Under the pieces are notes generated by a model, which did not search any database, had not been told where the DNA came from, and worked only from the letters and a program-made list of their open reading frames with translations. Shown piece after piece: positions 49,949-60,208 of a DNA stretch of 64,000 bases. Both the position numbers and the translations under genes were made by a program. This DNA comes from an uncultured candidate division Zixibacteria bacterium (GTDB taxonomy: Bacteria > Zixibacteria > MSB-5A5 > GN15 > FEB-12). The stretch is taken from the NCBI GenBank assembly GCA_963806185.1, contig CAWDXE010000006.1, forward strand, positions 175,024-239,023, written 5' to 3'. The stretch's first letter is position 1. The number at the start of each line of letters is the position of its first letter.

Positions 49949-51252
49949 TGTGCAAGCCGAACATGGTTTACACGGTAAACCGGATACATGGTTTACACTT
50001 TTTCTTGTTGTCCATGCCAGCTCTCAGGTCGCTGGATGGTAAAGCTTCGCTCGTTCAAATAGCCCAGCAGGTGGAAGCTGTACCGGATCTCCCAGCGGTC
50101 GGCTGCGATTTGTCGGAACGAGACCGGTTCCTGGGCAAGGACATCGGAAACGTAGATCAACCGACCGCGCCATTTGATCTCGCCGTTCTGACGCACCTGC
50201 CGTACGATGACGCCCGCAGGATACGGAATGTCCGGCAGCTGGTCAGGATACTGACGGGGTGATGCCTCATACAGGCTCCCCGGCGTCTGTCGTCCCAACG
50301 CTTCGTGCGAACGCTCCCAGTTGAAGTCCTCGACCCAGCGGTCAAACTGTCGCTGCTGAGCCGCCATCGTCGTTTGGATGGGATGTACGCCACTTTCCAA
50401 CGAGCGATGCATCCGTTCATGGCGGCCGTTCTGATTCGGTTTTCCCGGTTTGATCCGCTCGGGCCGAATGCCCAGCCGAATCCACCACTTGGACAGCTGG
50501 GTCACGCCACCCAGAGCCAGCGAAGCAAACGGTCCGCCGTTATCCGTCCGGATCGCCTGCGGCAGGCCGTACTCACGAAACACCCATTCAAACCACGGCC
50601 GCACCAGGCGATACTGCGGCCTGGCCATCCCTCGACAGGCCAGCACAAAGCGACTGTAGTTGTCACTGATCGTCAGCGGGTAACACCGCCGACCATTACC
50701 CAAGGCGAAATCCCCCTTGAAGTCGGCACTCCACTGCGCGTTGACCTGTAGGCACCGACCGAACGGGGCGGTATCGGCCGCGACCCGGCGTCGGCGACGT
50801 CGCGCCTGGACCAACCCTTCGCGACCCAAGATCTCACCGACCGTGCTGTCAGCAGGCCAGCGCTCGGACGAATGCTGTCGCCGTAGCCAGTCCACCACCT
50901 TCTTCGGACCCCAGTCCAGATGGGCCAGCTTAAGGCCAATTATCATCTCACGCTGTCGCTCTGCTATCGTGGCCGGATGCCCATGCGGTCGTCGCGACTG
51001 ATCCACCAGTCCCCACGGACCATAGGCCTCACACCGCCTAATCCACTTGTCCCCCGTCGGCCGACTGATCGCATAGCTGCGACACAACGACGTCTTGGTG
51101 TACCGCCCGCTCAGCCAATCCGTGATAAACCGAACGCGTTCTTCCACCACACTAGTCTCCTTCCACGCCATCGGCAATTCCTCCTTGCCGACAAACTAAT
51201 GTGTAAACCATGTTCCCGGTCTATTCTGTAAACCATGTTACCGGTTTGTACC
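49949..51252 (-). mobile_element. IS481-family insertion sequence
   Basis: Ends TGTGCAAGCCG.. / ..CCGGTTTGTACC with twin TGTAAACCATGT subterminal repeats at both ends; apparent CAC target duplication. Confidence 0.88.
49993..51171 (-). CDS. IS481-family DDE transposase
   Basis: MAWKETSVVEER; WSADFKG, TISDNYSR, IRTDNG, GRHERMHR; AAGGAGG RBS. Confidence 0.93.
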   Translation of the reverse strand: MAWKETSVVEERVRFITDWLSGRYTKTSLCRSYAISRPTGDKWIRRCEAYGPWGLVDQSRRPHGHPATIAERQREMIIGLKLAHLDWGPKKVVDWLRRQHSSERWPADSTVGEILGREGLVQARRRRRRVAADTAPFGRCLQVNAQWSADFKGDFALGNGRRCYPLTISDNYSRFVLACRGMARPQYRLVRPWFEWVFREYGLPQAIRTDNGGPFASLALGGVTQLSKWWIRLGIRPERIKPGKPNQNGRHERMHRSLESGVHPIQTTMAAQQRQFDRWVEDFNWERSHEALGRQTPGSLYEASPRQYPDQLPDIPYPAGVIVRQVRQNGEIKWRGRLIYVSDVLAQEPVSFRQIAADRWEIRYSFHLLGYLNERSFTIQRPESWHGQQEKV

Positions 51253-51669
51253 CACCCCAACCCTCTCCCTAAAGGGAGAGGGAGTAAGAGCGGCGTGTGA
51301 AGTTGAGAGAATTCTCGCAATTGGCATAAGTGTCCCATGGATTCCGGACCTTCGGTCCGGAATGACAATTACCTTCTCTGTCAGGCTCACAAGGACCCTG
51401 ACCTGCCCTTGTACCGATCGGGCAGGCGAGGACGCCTGCCGCGCACATGAATTTGAGTCCGCTCTTCAAAAAGCATTCAAGAATCTCCATCATGTTATGT
51501 CACAAGGTAATGGCGAAGAGGCGCGAGGCGTACGGGGTTCACCTTGGCAAGTTTACTGACAGATTCTGTCAGTGATCGACCGGACTGTCCACAAAATATC
51601 ACTTGACAAAGAGGTGGGCACGCATTAGGGATGTAGTGGTCATCGTCTTCGCGACGATGGGGAGGTTTC

Positions 51670-52746
51670 ATGACATCAAAGTGGCGAAAGCTATCACGGG
51701 TCGCGATCCCGCTCTGTTGGGTGGTGGTTGCCGTCTGGTCGGCGGGGTGTGATGATGATTTCGTCGTGCCTCCAGTGGGGCCGGAGCCGGCTCACCTGTA
51801 TTTCTTCGAAGGAAGCTACAACGATCAGTTGTTTCTGTTTGATCCAGTCGCGCTCAGTTTAGACTCATTTATCCTGCCCGTGTTGGCTGGCTGGGATATG
51901 CGAGTGTCTCCCGATGAAAAGACACTTTACGTACCAAACGACGAGGGTCTGCATATCATCGATTTGGCGTCGCGCCAGATGACGCAAACGCTTCCGTTTC
52001 TCGGATTTTGGCGGGTTGCTGTTTCGCCCGACGGCGCCTTTCTGGCCGTATTGGGCGACAGCTTGTTGGTCGTGCGAACCAGTGACTATTCAATCATTTA
52101 CTCCGACACCAATTCGGCTGTCTCGTGGGACCAAGGCCGCTTCAGCAGGGACAGTAAGCACTTCTTCTGCACGAAGCTCTATTACTCCCCGCCTGGACCA
52201 CGAGCCTACGGTTCCGCTTTTCATTTGGATCTGAGGAAGACGCCTTTTCGTACCTCGGAGCGGGAGCGTCCGGAAGGTGCCATCCGCATGGTCGTGCCTT
52301 CGCCGCGCCTTGATCGTTGGTTGCTTATTATCGGCGGCGGACGGTTTGCCGTGCTGGATACACTGGGTGATTCGCTGATTTATGACGAAACGCTGCCGGG
52401 TCCGGCAGGTGCAGTTGTCGTGACTCCGGACGGCAGGAGAGTCGTCTATTCGTATCCCGGCAATCTCGGCTATCCGACTCAAGCGCATTCTTTCCGCATA
52501 TATGATCTCTGTAGCAATCAGCGCGTCATGGAGGTTGAAACGTGGTTTGTGCGATCAAATGGTTCCACCGTCATGTTTAAACCGTCGTCCATAGTCTTTA
52601 CCAGCGACGGTCGTCACATGTACTGCACCGGGTTCCTGAACGAGACTGGCTTCCTCATATTCGATGCGCGGACATTCAAGCAGGTATCGCAATTCGATTT
52701 CACACCGCGCCAAGCATGGTCGCTTACTACTGTTGGCGTGCAATAA
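51670..52746 (+). CDS. Beta-propeller lipoprotein, close paralog of 31035..32111
   Basis: Nearly identical protein; lipobox WSAGC. Confidence 0.85.
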   Translation: MTSKWRKLSRVAIPLCWVVVAVWSAGCDDDFVVPPVGPEPAHLYFFEGSYNDQLFLFDPVALSLDSFILPVLAGWDMRVSPDEKTLYVPNDEGLHIIDLASRQMTQTLPFLGFWRVAVSPDGAFLAVLGDSLLVVRTSDYSIIYSDTNSAVSWDQGRFSRDSKHFFCTKLYYSPPGPRAYGSAFHLDLRKTPFRTSERERPEGAIRMVVPSPRLDRWLLIIGGGRFAVLDTLGDSLIYDETLPGPAGAVVVTPDGRRVVYSYPGNLGYPTQAHSFRIYDLCSNQRVMEVETWFVRSNGSTVMFKPSSIVFTSDGRHMYCTGFLNETGFLIFDARTFKQVSQFDFTPRQAWSLTTVGVQ

Positions 52747-52763
52747 ACAGATGGGAGGGGATT

Positions 52764-52777
52764 ATGCGTTGTTATCA
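52764..52777 (+). pseudogene. Remnant start (MRCY) of the S8 peptidase gene
   Basis: GGGAGGGGATTATGCGTTGTTATCA identical to 32118..32142, then homology stops. Confidence 0.6.
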
Positions 52778-52792
52778 ACCAATCATTAGTTC

Positions 52793-53166
52793 CGTAGCCT
52801 ACCTATCAGGTGGGTTTTTCTTTCTCTGGTGTTCCCATTGCATAGTCCTCTGTACTGGAGTCATCGACGGCAAATTCCATTCCGTACCCCACCGATTTAC
52901 GGTGGGGTATCTTTTATGGGGAGAGGATTTTCGAGTACCTCACCGCATAGACGGTGAGGTACGGTGTGGGGAACAAGTCGAACATCGTTGGGAGAAAGCC
53001 AGGGTCCCGTAGCCCACCTATCAGGTGGGTTTATCTTTCTCTGGTTTTCCCCTTGTATTGTCCTCTGTGCCGGATTCGTCGACGACGAAACTTGCGGAGA
53101 TATCGGTCCGTCAAGCATCGAAATGGGAAAGCCAGAGAAGCTCAACCCACCCGTTGGGTGGGGCAC
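52793..53166. repeat. Cluster of REP-like palindromes
   Basis: Two GTAGCCYACCTATCAGGTGGG units, the REPIN-like copy 52881..52962 and a further hairpin unit ending GGGTGGGGCAC. Confidence 0.7.
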
Positions 53167-53344
53167 GAGCGTGCATCGTGACGGCCGTCAGCGCAAATTC
53201 TATCGCCTCTCCCCCATACTCATTAGTCTTTGCCCCATACATTGACCGCGTCCGCAGCGTCAGGGTCTGTTGATATTCAACCACTTGCGTCTCTTGGCAT
53301 ACCCCTTGTTGCCCATTCACTGGTAAGGACACAGAACCGGAGGG

Positions 53345-53920
53345 ATGCACGTCGTGTCACGTTTGCTTTTTCTCATTGTCGCGTTCTTCACTGCTACGCT
53401 GGTGACCCTGGCCGCGCCGGATCCAAAGCCGGACTCGCTGGTCAGTGGGACCTCGGCCGACATGTTGTCGCCGGAGGAATGTCAGGCGCGGCTCGACACG
53501 GCAATGGAGCGGTGGCACAGTGCCGTTCTTTCCGGGGACAGTAAGAAGGTGGAAGCCTGCCGGAGCGTCATCGACAGCCTGATCACGGCTGACCTGGTCC
53601 GCCAACTGCGCGACCTGGAAGCGAAACGCGCGATGGTGCTCGAGCAGGCGGCTCTCCTGGGGGATACTCTGTCGCCGCTCGATCCCGATCGTGGGACCGC
53701 GGACAACGCCGAGTATGTTCATCTCCTGGATAATCTTCACGCCAAACAGGTAGTCTTCTCGTCGTATCGACGGTCCGAGGCGTTCTCTAACAAGTATCGT
53801 CTTCTGGGCGACTACATTGATCTGGTGCGCAAGCAACTGGGGATGGCCCGCTTGAAGTTGGCCGAGCAGCGGTCGCTGGAGGATCAGTTATACCAGGAGG
53901 AGCGAGGACGGGAAGATTAG
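53345..53920 (+). CDS. Hypothetical secreted helical protein
   Basis: 191 aa, GGAGG RBS, signal peptide, followed by terminator. Confidence 0.7.
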   Translation: MHVVSRLLFLIVAFFTATLVTLAAPDPKPDSLVSGTSADMLSPEECQARLDTAMERWHSAVLSGDSKKVEACRSVIDSLITADLVRQLRDLEAKRAMVLEQAALLGDTLSPLDPDRGTADNAEYVHLLDNLHAKQVVFSSYRRSEAFSNKYRLLGDYIDLVRKQLGMARLKLAEQRSLEDQLYQEERGRED

Positions 53921-53959
53921 CGAATTTGCCCCTCTTACTGTGTGTGGACCCTTCGCGCA

Positions 53960-54000
53960 CGCGCCGCTGAACCGCAACCCTCAGCGGCGCGCTTTTTTTT
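53960..54000 (+). terminator. Rho-independent terminator
   Basis: CGCGCCGCTGA-loop-TCAGCGGCGCG followed by CT8. Confidence 0.85.
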
Positions 54001-54010
54001 GCCGATTCGG

Positions 54011-55912
54011 CTAGATTTCCGGGTCGAGCAGGCGCAGGTGTCCGACGCTGAGGCGACCATCGCCGCTCACCGGATAGATTCGTATTCGATCATACCCACC
54101 CGTGGCTAAGTCTAAAGGGACGCCTACGACACAGAGACGAAGGCCACCGTCCGGCCGTGGAGCGGCGTCAATCGTGACACTGTCCACGTCCTGCCCAGCT
54201 CGAGCAAAGACAAGTTTATACCGGTCGTCATCGTCAATAGTCAATTCCACCGTATGACAATGAACGATTGAATCCATAACCACCGTCATGCCATTTTGCT
54301 CAAGGACAGTGTTTCCATACCTTCCCCAAGGCGTCCCGGGCAGTTTTCTCTCTCTGATCTCGGAGTAGGGCACCTCTATTCGCGGTGCAGCGACATACCG
54401 TTGGACCAGGTAGTCATATGCTTTGAGATTAAACCTGGCGATTTCCTTAAATCTCGACCAGGAGAAGACGTCTCCCTTGGTGAGAACACAGAGATGGTCG
54501 TAGTACTGCGCAAGATTACTGTCAAGAAGTTCATTCTTTCCATTGCTCAGGGATTGGATGTATCCGAGCGGCACTATTCGTCTAAAATGACCGATGCGCC
54601 AGTCCTGCCTATCGACAGTCGGAAGGCGACTCAATAGAGGGTCACCCAACGCGTCCTGGTCTACCACGGTCACCTGTGGACCGGCATAGTAGCCTATCAT
54701 ACCGGCGCCGCCTGCAACAAAGACTCTAGTTGTGTCCGTCCGCAACTGCCTTCCGAATCGAGCCCATCGGTGTTGGTTGGGTGCGTCAACGTCCAGGTTA
54801 TTTCTTAGTGCAGTGTCAGGAGAGTACTGAGCCCACTCATCAGTAATCCCGTGAGGATTCAGCTCTGCAGGCCGGGAGTGTCCTAATCCATGGCCAAAGA
54901 TGATCGGAATCAGGCCCACAATCAGTGCCGCGACAATGGGTGTAAGAACGCGCCAGCCTTTTGTCGGCATCGGCTGTCGGGCCAGGATAATGAGGGCCAC
55001 TACGAAAGGGACAGTAAAGAATCGCCCCGACATGAAATCGCCGCCGACATTGATCACATATAGCGAGTAGAGAACTATCCCGCCCGCGGCGGCCAGCGAT
55101 CGGAGATTGCGTACTACTGCCGGAGCGACCACCGCCGCCACCAGCGCCACCATCATGAGCGGATGCTTCGTAACCGCATCGGCCAGGTACCGCAGACCCT
55201 GAAGCCGCAAGGCGCTGGCGTCAATCCCCGTCGAAAGTTTGGCGTAATACGTATTGGGAAAGGGAAACCCGTAATACAACAATGAAAACAGTTCCCACGC
55301 CACGATCGGCAGGAAACCGAGCGCAACACAACGAAGAGCGGACCACGAGCGCAGGCGCCACCAGACAAATCCTAGCGCCGGCGCATAAAGCAACAGCGTG
55401 TCAAGACGGGTAACTACGCCGAGCGACGCGATCAGGGCAAGATGGAAGAGTGTCCGATGATTCCACTCCTTGACGAAATAGATGGTGAAAAAAACCGCCA
55501 CCAGGAAATGATTAAGCGGATTCTCCAACCCCGACGTCGAAAAGTCTATGAACGGTTTGGAGAACAGAATCAGCAGAAGCACCACGATCGCTGCCTGTGA
55601 CGATTCGGCGTGCCGCTTAAGAATCAGGAATACCGCAGCCAGGGAGAGTAGAATTGATACAAATAGAGCAGTATAATAAATCTCGGAATAAATCAGATGA
55701 AACGGTATCAGAAGCAGAACCCAGAGTGGGTTGGTAAAGGATTGCACCCTTTCAACCGGATTCCAAGTAAGGCCGTAGCCGTGAATAAGATTGTCGACTG
55801 GGCGAAAGGAGAAATAAGCGTCGTCACAGATCCAGGCTGTCCAGAAGAGAACCAGGGTAAATACAATGAGTCCAACGCCTATGATGACTGTGCGCAAGGG
55901 TGTCGATTTCAT
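54011..55912 (-). CDS. GT-C-fold membrane glycosyltransferase-like protein
   Basis: Multi-TM; CDDAYFSFR, ERVQSFTNPLW, TSGLEN, TRLD, PNTYYAK, GGDFMSGRF, RIGHFRR. Confidence 0.8.
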   Translation of the reverse strand: MKSTPLRTVIIGVGLIVFTLVLFWTAWICDDAYFSFRPVDNLIHGYGLTWNPVERVQSFTNPLWVLLLIPFHLIYSEIYYTALFVSILLSLAAVFLILKRHAESSQAAIVVLLLILFSKPFIDFSTSGLENPLNHFLVAVFFTIYFVKEWNHRTLFHLALIASLGVVTRLDTLLLYAPALGFVWWRLRSWSALRCVALGFLPIVAWELFSLLYYGFPFPNTYYAKLSTGIDASALRLQGLRYLADAVTKHPLMMVALVAAVVAPAVVRNLRSLAAAGGIVLYSLYVINVGGDFMSGRFFTVPFVVALIILARQPMPTKGWRVLTPIVAALIVGLIPIIFGHGLGHSRPAELNPHGITDEWAQYSPDTALRNNLDVDAPNQHRWARFGRQLRTDTTRVFVAGGAGMIGYYAGPQVTVVDQDALGDPLLSRLPTVDRQDWRIGHFRRIVPLGYIQSLSNGKNELLDSNLAQYYDHLCVLTKGDVFSWSRFKEIARFNLKAYDYLVQRYVAAPRIEVPYSEIRERKLPGTPWGRYGNTVLEQNGMTVVMDSIVHCHTVELTIDDDDRYKLVFARAGQDVDSVTIDAAPRPDGGLRLCVVGVPLDLATGGYDRIRIYPVSGDGRLSVGHLRLLDPEI

Positions 55913-56049
55913 AGTTCATTCTCCCCTACCGTCAATATACGGCGACTCGTAAATCACTGCAAACAACTACTGCAGCCGGGTCCGGATTGTGCCATATCGG
56001 CGCGCTTTTCTTTGCGGTTTTCGGATGATTCTGCTATCATGGAATTACC

Positions 56050-58100
56050 GTGAAGACAAAATTATCCCCCCCCCCCCGCCTCACCATCGCATAGCCGCTG
56101 AACGCACCAAGCAAGCACTCATCGCCTACTATTTCACGCTGGTGCTGTATATTGTCTTCTCTTTCCTCCCGGAGTACCGCGTCTGGGGGTTCAACTGGTG
56201 GGCGTATTACCCGTTGTGGCTAAGGCTCATGTTGGTCCTCGTTGGCGCGGCGGCGCCACCACTCGCGATCAGGTACCTTGGTGCAGACTCTGTCAGTGAC
56301 GAACAAGTGTCACATGGCTCTCGCCGGTTCTGGTTAATCGCCTTGTCGATATCGATAGTCCTGGTTGCGCTGTTTGTCGTGTTACGGGCAAGGATGCACT
56401 TCCTTGGTGACGGTTACTTATTGCTCGGTGTGCTGTCCGAACAGCATGTGATGGGACGAGCCTGGACGGCGGTCGGCGATCAATTGCACGCTGCGGTCTT
56501 CGACCTTTTGTCGGGCAACGCCGAGGAGAAGGCACTGGGCACGTTTCAGATGTTTTCCTGGCTATCCGGTCTCGCGACACTTACTGTCTTCGCCTTCCTC
56601 GCTCGCTATCTGGCGCAAGGGACCCTGCGGCGTACACTGGTATTCCTGTCGCTGGCCACCGGCGGATATGCCCTGCTCTTCTTCGGGTATGTCGAGAACT
56701 ACCCTCCATTCATTTTTGCCGTCGCACTATTTCTATTGTTTGCATTACTGATTGTGAAAGAGCGAATCACCGTCTACTGGATTATCCTGCCGCTGGTGCC
56801 GGCATTCTTGACGCACATTTTTGCCGTTGCTTTGATTCCCCCGACCGTCTATCTGCTCCTGTATCGATCACCCCTCGCCCGCCGGTACGCGTCGGTACCG
56901 GTAAAGACCCGGCGGATGTTGTTCCTACTTACGGTCATCGCCGGGCTGGCGGCCTTGATAGCCATGTACGTGAAGGTACTCTTCATTCGGTATGCTTTGG
57001 TCCCCCTTGTCGCCAACGAGGTAACCACCGACAGCTATACGTTCTTCTCATTGGCTCATTTGCTCGATTACGTCAATCTCTTGTTTGTGCTGATGCCGGG
57101 GCTATTGGTCGCCATGGTTCGCGCTCACCGGCACGCGATCGCGATCGCCGCTCGATCTATATAGTCGCCTGGTGCTACTCACGGCCGGTGTCTCGCTGTT
57201 CATGGCGCTGGTTTTCAACCCGAATCTTGGCATGGCGCGCGACTGGGACGTCTTCTCCTTTGCCGGTCTCCCCCTCGTTCTCCTGTTCACTCTCCTGCTC
57301 ATCGAACAGAAGCAATTGGCTGCCCTCGGTCTGTGCGCCATGTTGGCTCTGCTGGTACTTCTGCCGCGAGCCGGGGCACAGGTAGCACCGCAGATTGCCA
57401 TTTCTCACTTCCGCAATTACGCAAAGTTGAACCCGTTGATGAACCGAACCGGCGTGTATGCTCGCTGAGCCGCTACTATTACCAGACGGGTGACAGCGCG
57501 AATGGGAGAGCAGTCGAACAAGAATTCTTGAAGTCGTATCCGGCATACAGTCTGGAGCGACGGGCGAAGGTACTTATGAATCAGGGTGACGCGCGCTCGG
57601 CTGCCGTGGCGGCACGCCAGGCTGTTTCAATTGACGGACGACTTTTCGATGCCCATATCGTGCTGGCCAGCGCCTATATGCAACTGGGTGATCTCGCCAA
57701 TGCGGAGAGATCGGCCGAAATCGCGAACGCGGTCAGTCGGAACACTTCCATGGGGCTGCACGTCCTTGGCGCCGTGCAGTGCGCTTCGGGGGATACCGAA
57801 CGGGGACTGGAGAATATGTACGAAGCTCGGGAGATTCTTGACTCACTGGGCCAGATCACCAACGACATTGCCCAAGTCCTGATGGTCAAGGGGGATATGG
57901 CCGGAGCGATGCTCGAAATTCAGCGGTTGGTCAAAGACTCCACGGTTCCGGCCGGCATCTTTGCCGGCATGGCGGCGTCACTTCAGAATTTTGGCAATAT
58001 CGAAGCCGCTCGGACCATCTGGAAGGAAGCCGAAGACCGGGGACTCGACAGTGCCACTGCCGCTCAATGGCGGGCGCAGTTCCCTCAGCTCGGCCTGTAG
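56050..58100 (+). CDS. Multi-TM (GT-C-like) membrane protein with C-terminal TPRs; frameshifts (poly-C ~56070, ~57130, ~57460)
   Basis: Fragments 55989..57164, 57172..57468 and 57333..58100 are colinear with intact paralog 58153..60192 (HFLGDG, LFFGYVENY, NPNLGMARDWD). Confidence 0.72.
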
Positions 58101-58152
58101 CGGCGCGCTTTTTTTTGCCGACTGACCTTTCGCCTATTATCTTCCGCGTGCA

Positions 58153-60192
58153 GTGAAGAAACAGACACCACAAGCATCTCGCCGCGACGGTCCGTCAGAT
58201 CGAATGACGCCGTCGCTCATCGCCTACTATTTCACGCTGGTGCTGTATATTGTCTTCTCTTTCCTTCCGGAGTACCGCGTCTGGGGGTTCAACTGGTGGG
58301 CGTATTATCCGTTCTGGGCAAAGGTGCTGCTCGTCGCGATTGGCGCGCTGGCGCCAGTGCCGATTCTCCGGCTGAGTGATACGCCGCGCGCCGAGGAGTC
58401 AGCCGACCGGCGCTACGCGCTGATCCTCGGTTCGGCAGTACTTGCCTTCGGCCTTCTCACCCTGTTTCTCCGCTCTCACATGCACCTGTTGGGCGACGGT
58501 TTTCTGCAGTTGTCGCTTTTGGAACAGGGAAAGACCACCGGGCGGTTATGGGATGTCTTTGGCGGCTGGATTCGCGGCGGTTTGTTCTCGGTGCTCAGCG
58601 GAACGCCCGCCGAGCGGGCGCTGGTGGCGTACCAGGCGACGTCGATCACCGCCGGCCTGATTACGCTGGTGGTGTTCGGCCTGATCGCGGGAGCGACCTA
58701 TCCCGACCGAGTTCGCCGCCTGCTTTTATTTGCGCTGCTATCGACCGCGGGGTACGCTCTGCTCTTTTTCGGATATGTCGAGAATTACGCGCCGTTTGTG
58801 ATGAGTCTGGCGATCTTCCTGTGGGTGCAGATCCTGGTGTGCAAGGGAAGGATTCGTTGGTGGTGGCTGCTCCCCGCCGCACTGTTTGTGCTCGTGTGGC
58901 ACATCTTCGGCGTAGCTGTGCTGCCGGTTGTGGGGTATACCATTTTTGACCACTACCTTGCGGGACGTAACAAAAAACTTCAGACGGTCATCCGCCGGTG
59001 GCTTCCGTGGGCGCTCGTGCTCGCCATGGCTTTGGGAGCTGTTGTGGTGGCGAGCCGGTCACTGTTTGTGAAGTTCTCGCTGGTGCCGTTCACGGCCAGT
59101 GAGGTCACGGTCGGCGGCTATACCATGTTCTCGCCCGCACATCTGGGCGATCTTCTCAATCTGGCCTTTGTGCTGGTTCCGGGACTGGCCGTGATGGTAG
59201 TGACCTTTCTCGGGAAGTCGAAGCGACAATCGGGCGATCTTTCTTTTTATCTCTGGTTGCTGGTCATTCCATCCTGGTTCATAGCGATTGTCTTCAATCC
59301 CAACCTTGGGATGGCGCGTGATTGGGATCTGTTCGCATTCGTGGGCGTTCCGACGGCGATGTTGCTCGCGGTTGAACTGCTGGATCGACACTACAGCAGA
59401 GGCGCCGCATTGGCCGTTGTGCTGGGACTGCTGGTGTTGCTGCCCCGGGCGATATCGCAGGCGATCCCGGAGGTAGCCATCGCGCATTTTCGCGCCGACG
59501 CGAAGCGCGAGCCGGTGCAGAGCCGCGGCGGTCGATCATTCCTCCTCGCCTATTACAAGAACCTGAGCGACACGGCAAAAGCACGTGTGGAGGAGGAGAC
59601 ATTCTACCGGGATTATCCGGTTCAGACGATTCGAGCCGACGCTCGCCGTGCGCTCGATCAGAATCGGCCCGTCGACGCTCTCGCCTTTGCCCGGCAGCTC
59701 CTGCGTATCGATCCACGCTTTTTTGACGCCTACATCGTAAACGCCAAGGCATATATGCAAATGGGGAACGCCGACGCAGCCGAACACAATGTGCGAATTG
59801 CCGATGCGCTCAATCCGAACAACGCCTATGCCCTGCAGCTTACGGGCCGCTTGCTGTGCGCGCGCGGCGAGCTGGACACCGGCTTGCGGACGTTCTATCG
59901 AGCACGAGCGATTAATGATTCCCTCGGCATGATTACCGGTGAAATCACCCTGACCCTGCTCGCTCATGGCGACATGCCAAAAGCACTGACCGAAATCCAG
60001 CGGTTGCTCGATGATCCGACCGTCCCGGCCAGACTGTTCGGCAGTGTGACCGTGGCGCTTCTGGATCAGGGAAATGTCGAAGAGGCACGAAAGGCCTGGC
60101 TGGAAGCGGGCCGTCGAGGGATGGATAGTTTAGCGGCTGCGGATTGGATGGCGCAGGACCCACGCCTGCGGTCGTTGAGCGAGTCGAAGTAG
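58153..60192 (+). CDS. Multi-TM (GT-C-like) membrane protein with C-terminal TPRs
   Basis: 679 aa; HLLGDG, LFFGYVENY, NPNLGMARDWDLF; TPR-like helices. Confidence 0.82.
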   Translation: MKKQTPQASRRDGPSDRMTPSLIAYYFTLVLYIVFSFLPEYRVWGFNWWAYYPFWAKVLLVAIGALAPVPILRLSDTPRAEESADRRYALILGSAVLAFGLLTLFLRSHMHLLGDGFLQLSLLEQGKTTGRLWDVFGGWIRGGLFSVLSGTPAERALVAYQATSITAGLITLVVFGLIAGATYPDRVRRLLLFALLSTAGYALLFFGYVENYAPFVMSLAIFLWVQILVCKGRIRWWWLLPAALFVLVWHIFGVAVLPVVGYTIFDHYLAGRNKKLQTVIRRWLPWALVLAMALGAVVVASRSLFVKFSLVPFTASEVTVGGYTMFSPAHLGDLLNLAFVLVPGLAVMVVTFLGKSKRQSGDLSFYLWLLVIPSWFIAIVFNPNLGMARDWDLFAFVGVPTAMLLAVELLDRHYSRGAALAVVLGLLVLLPRAISQAIPEVAIAHFRADAKREPVQSRGGRSFLLAYYKNLSDTAKARVEEETFYRDYPVQTIRADARRALDQNRPVDALAFARQLLRIDPRFFDAYIVNAKAYMQMGNADAAEHNVRIADALNPNNAYALQLTGRLLCARGELDTGLRTFYRARAINDSLGMITGEITLTLLAHGDMPKALTEIQRLLDDPTVPARLFGSVTVALLDQGNVEEARKAWLEAGRRGMDSLAAADWMAQDPRLRSLSESK

Positions 60193-60208
60193 CAATCTCT
60201 CCGGCAAT

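Larger units (their letters stand above)
53983..58121. repeat. 23-bp direct repeat AGCGGCGCGCTTTTTTTTGCCGA at 53983..54005 and 58099..58121
   Basis: Identical 23-mers flank a 4.1-kb two-gene block. Confidence 0.85.
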
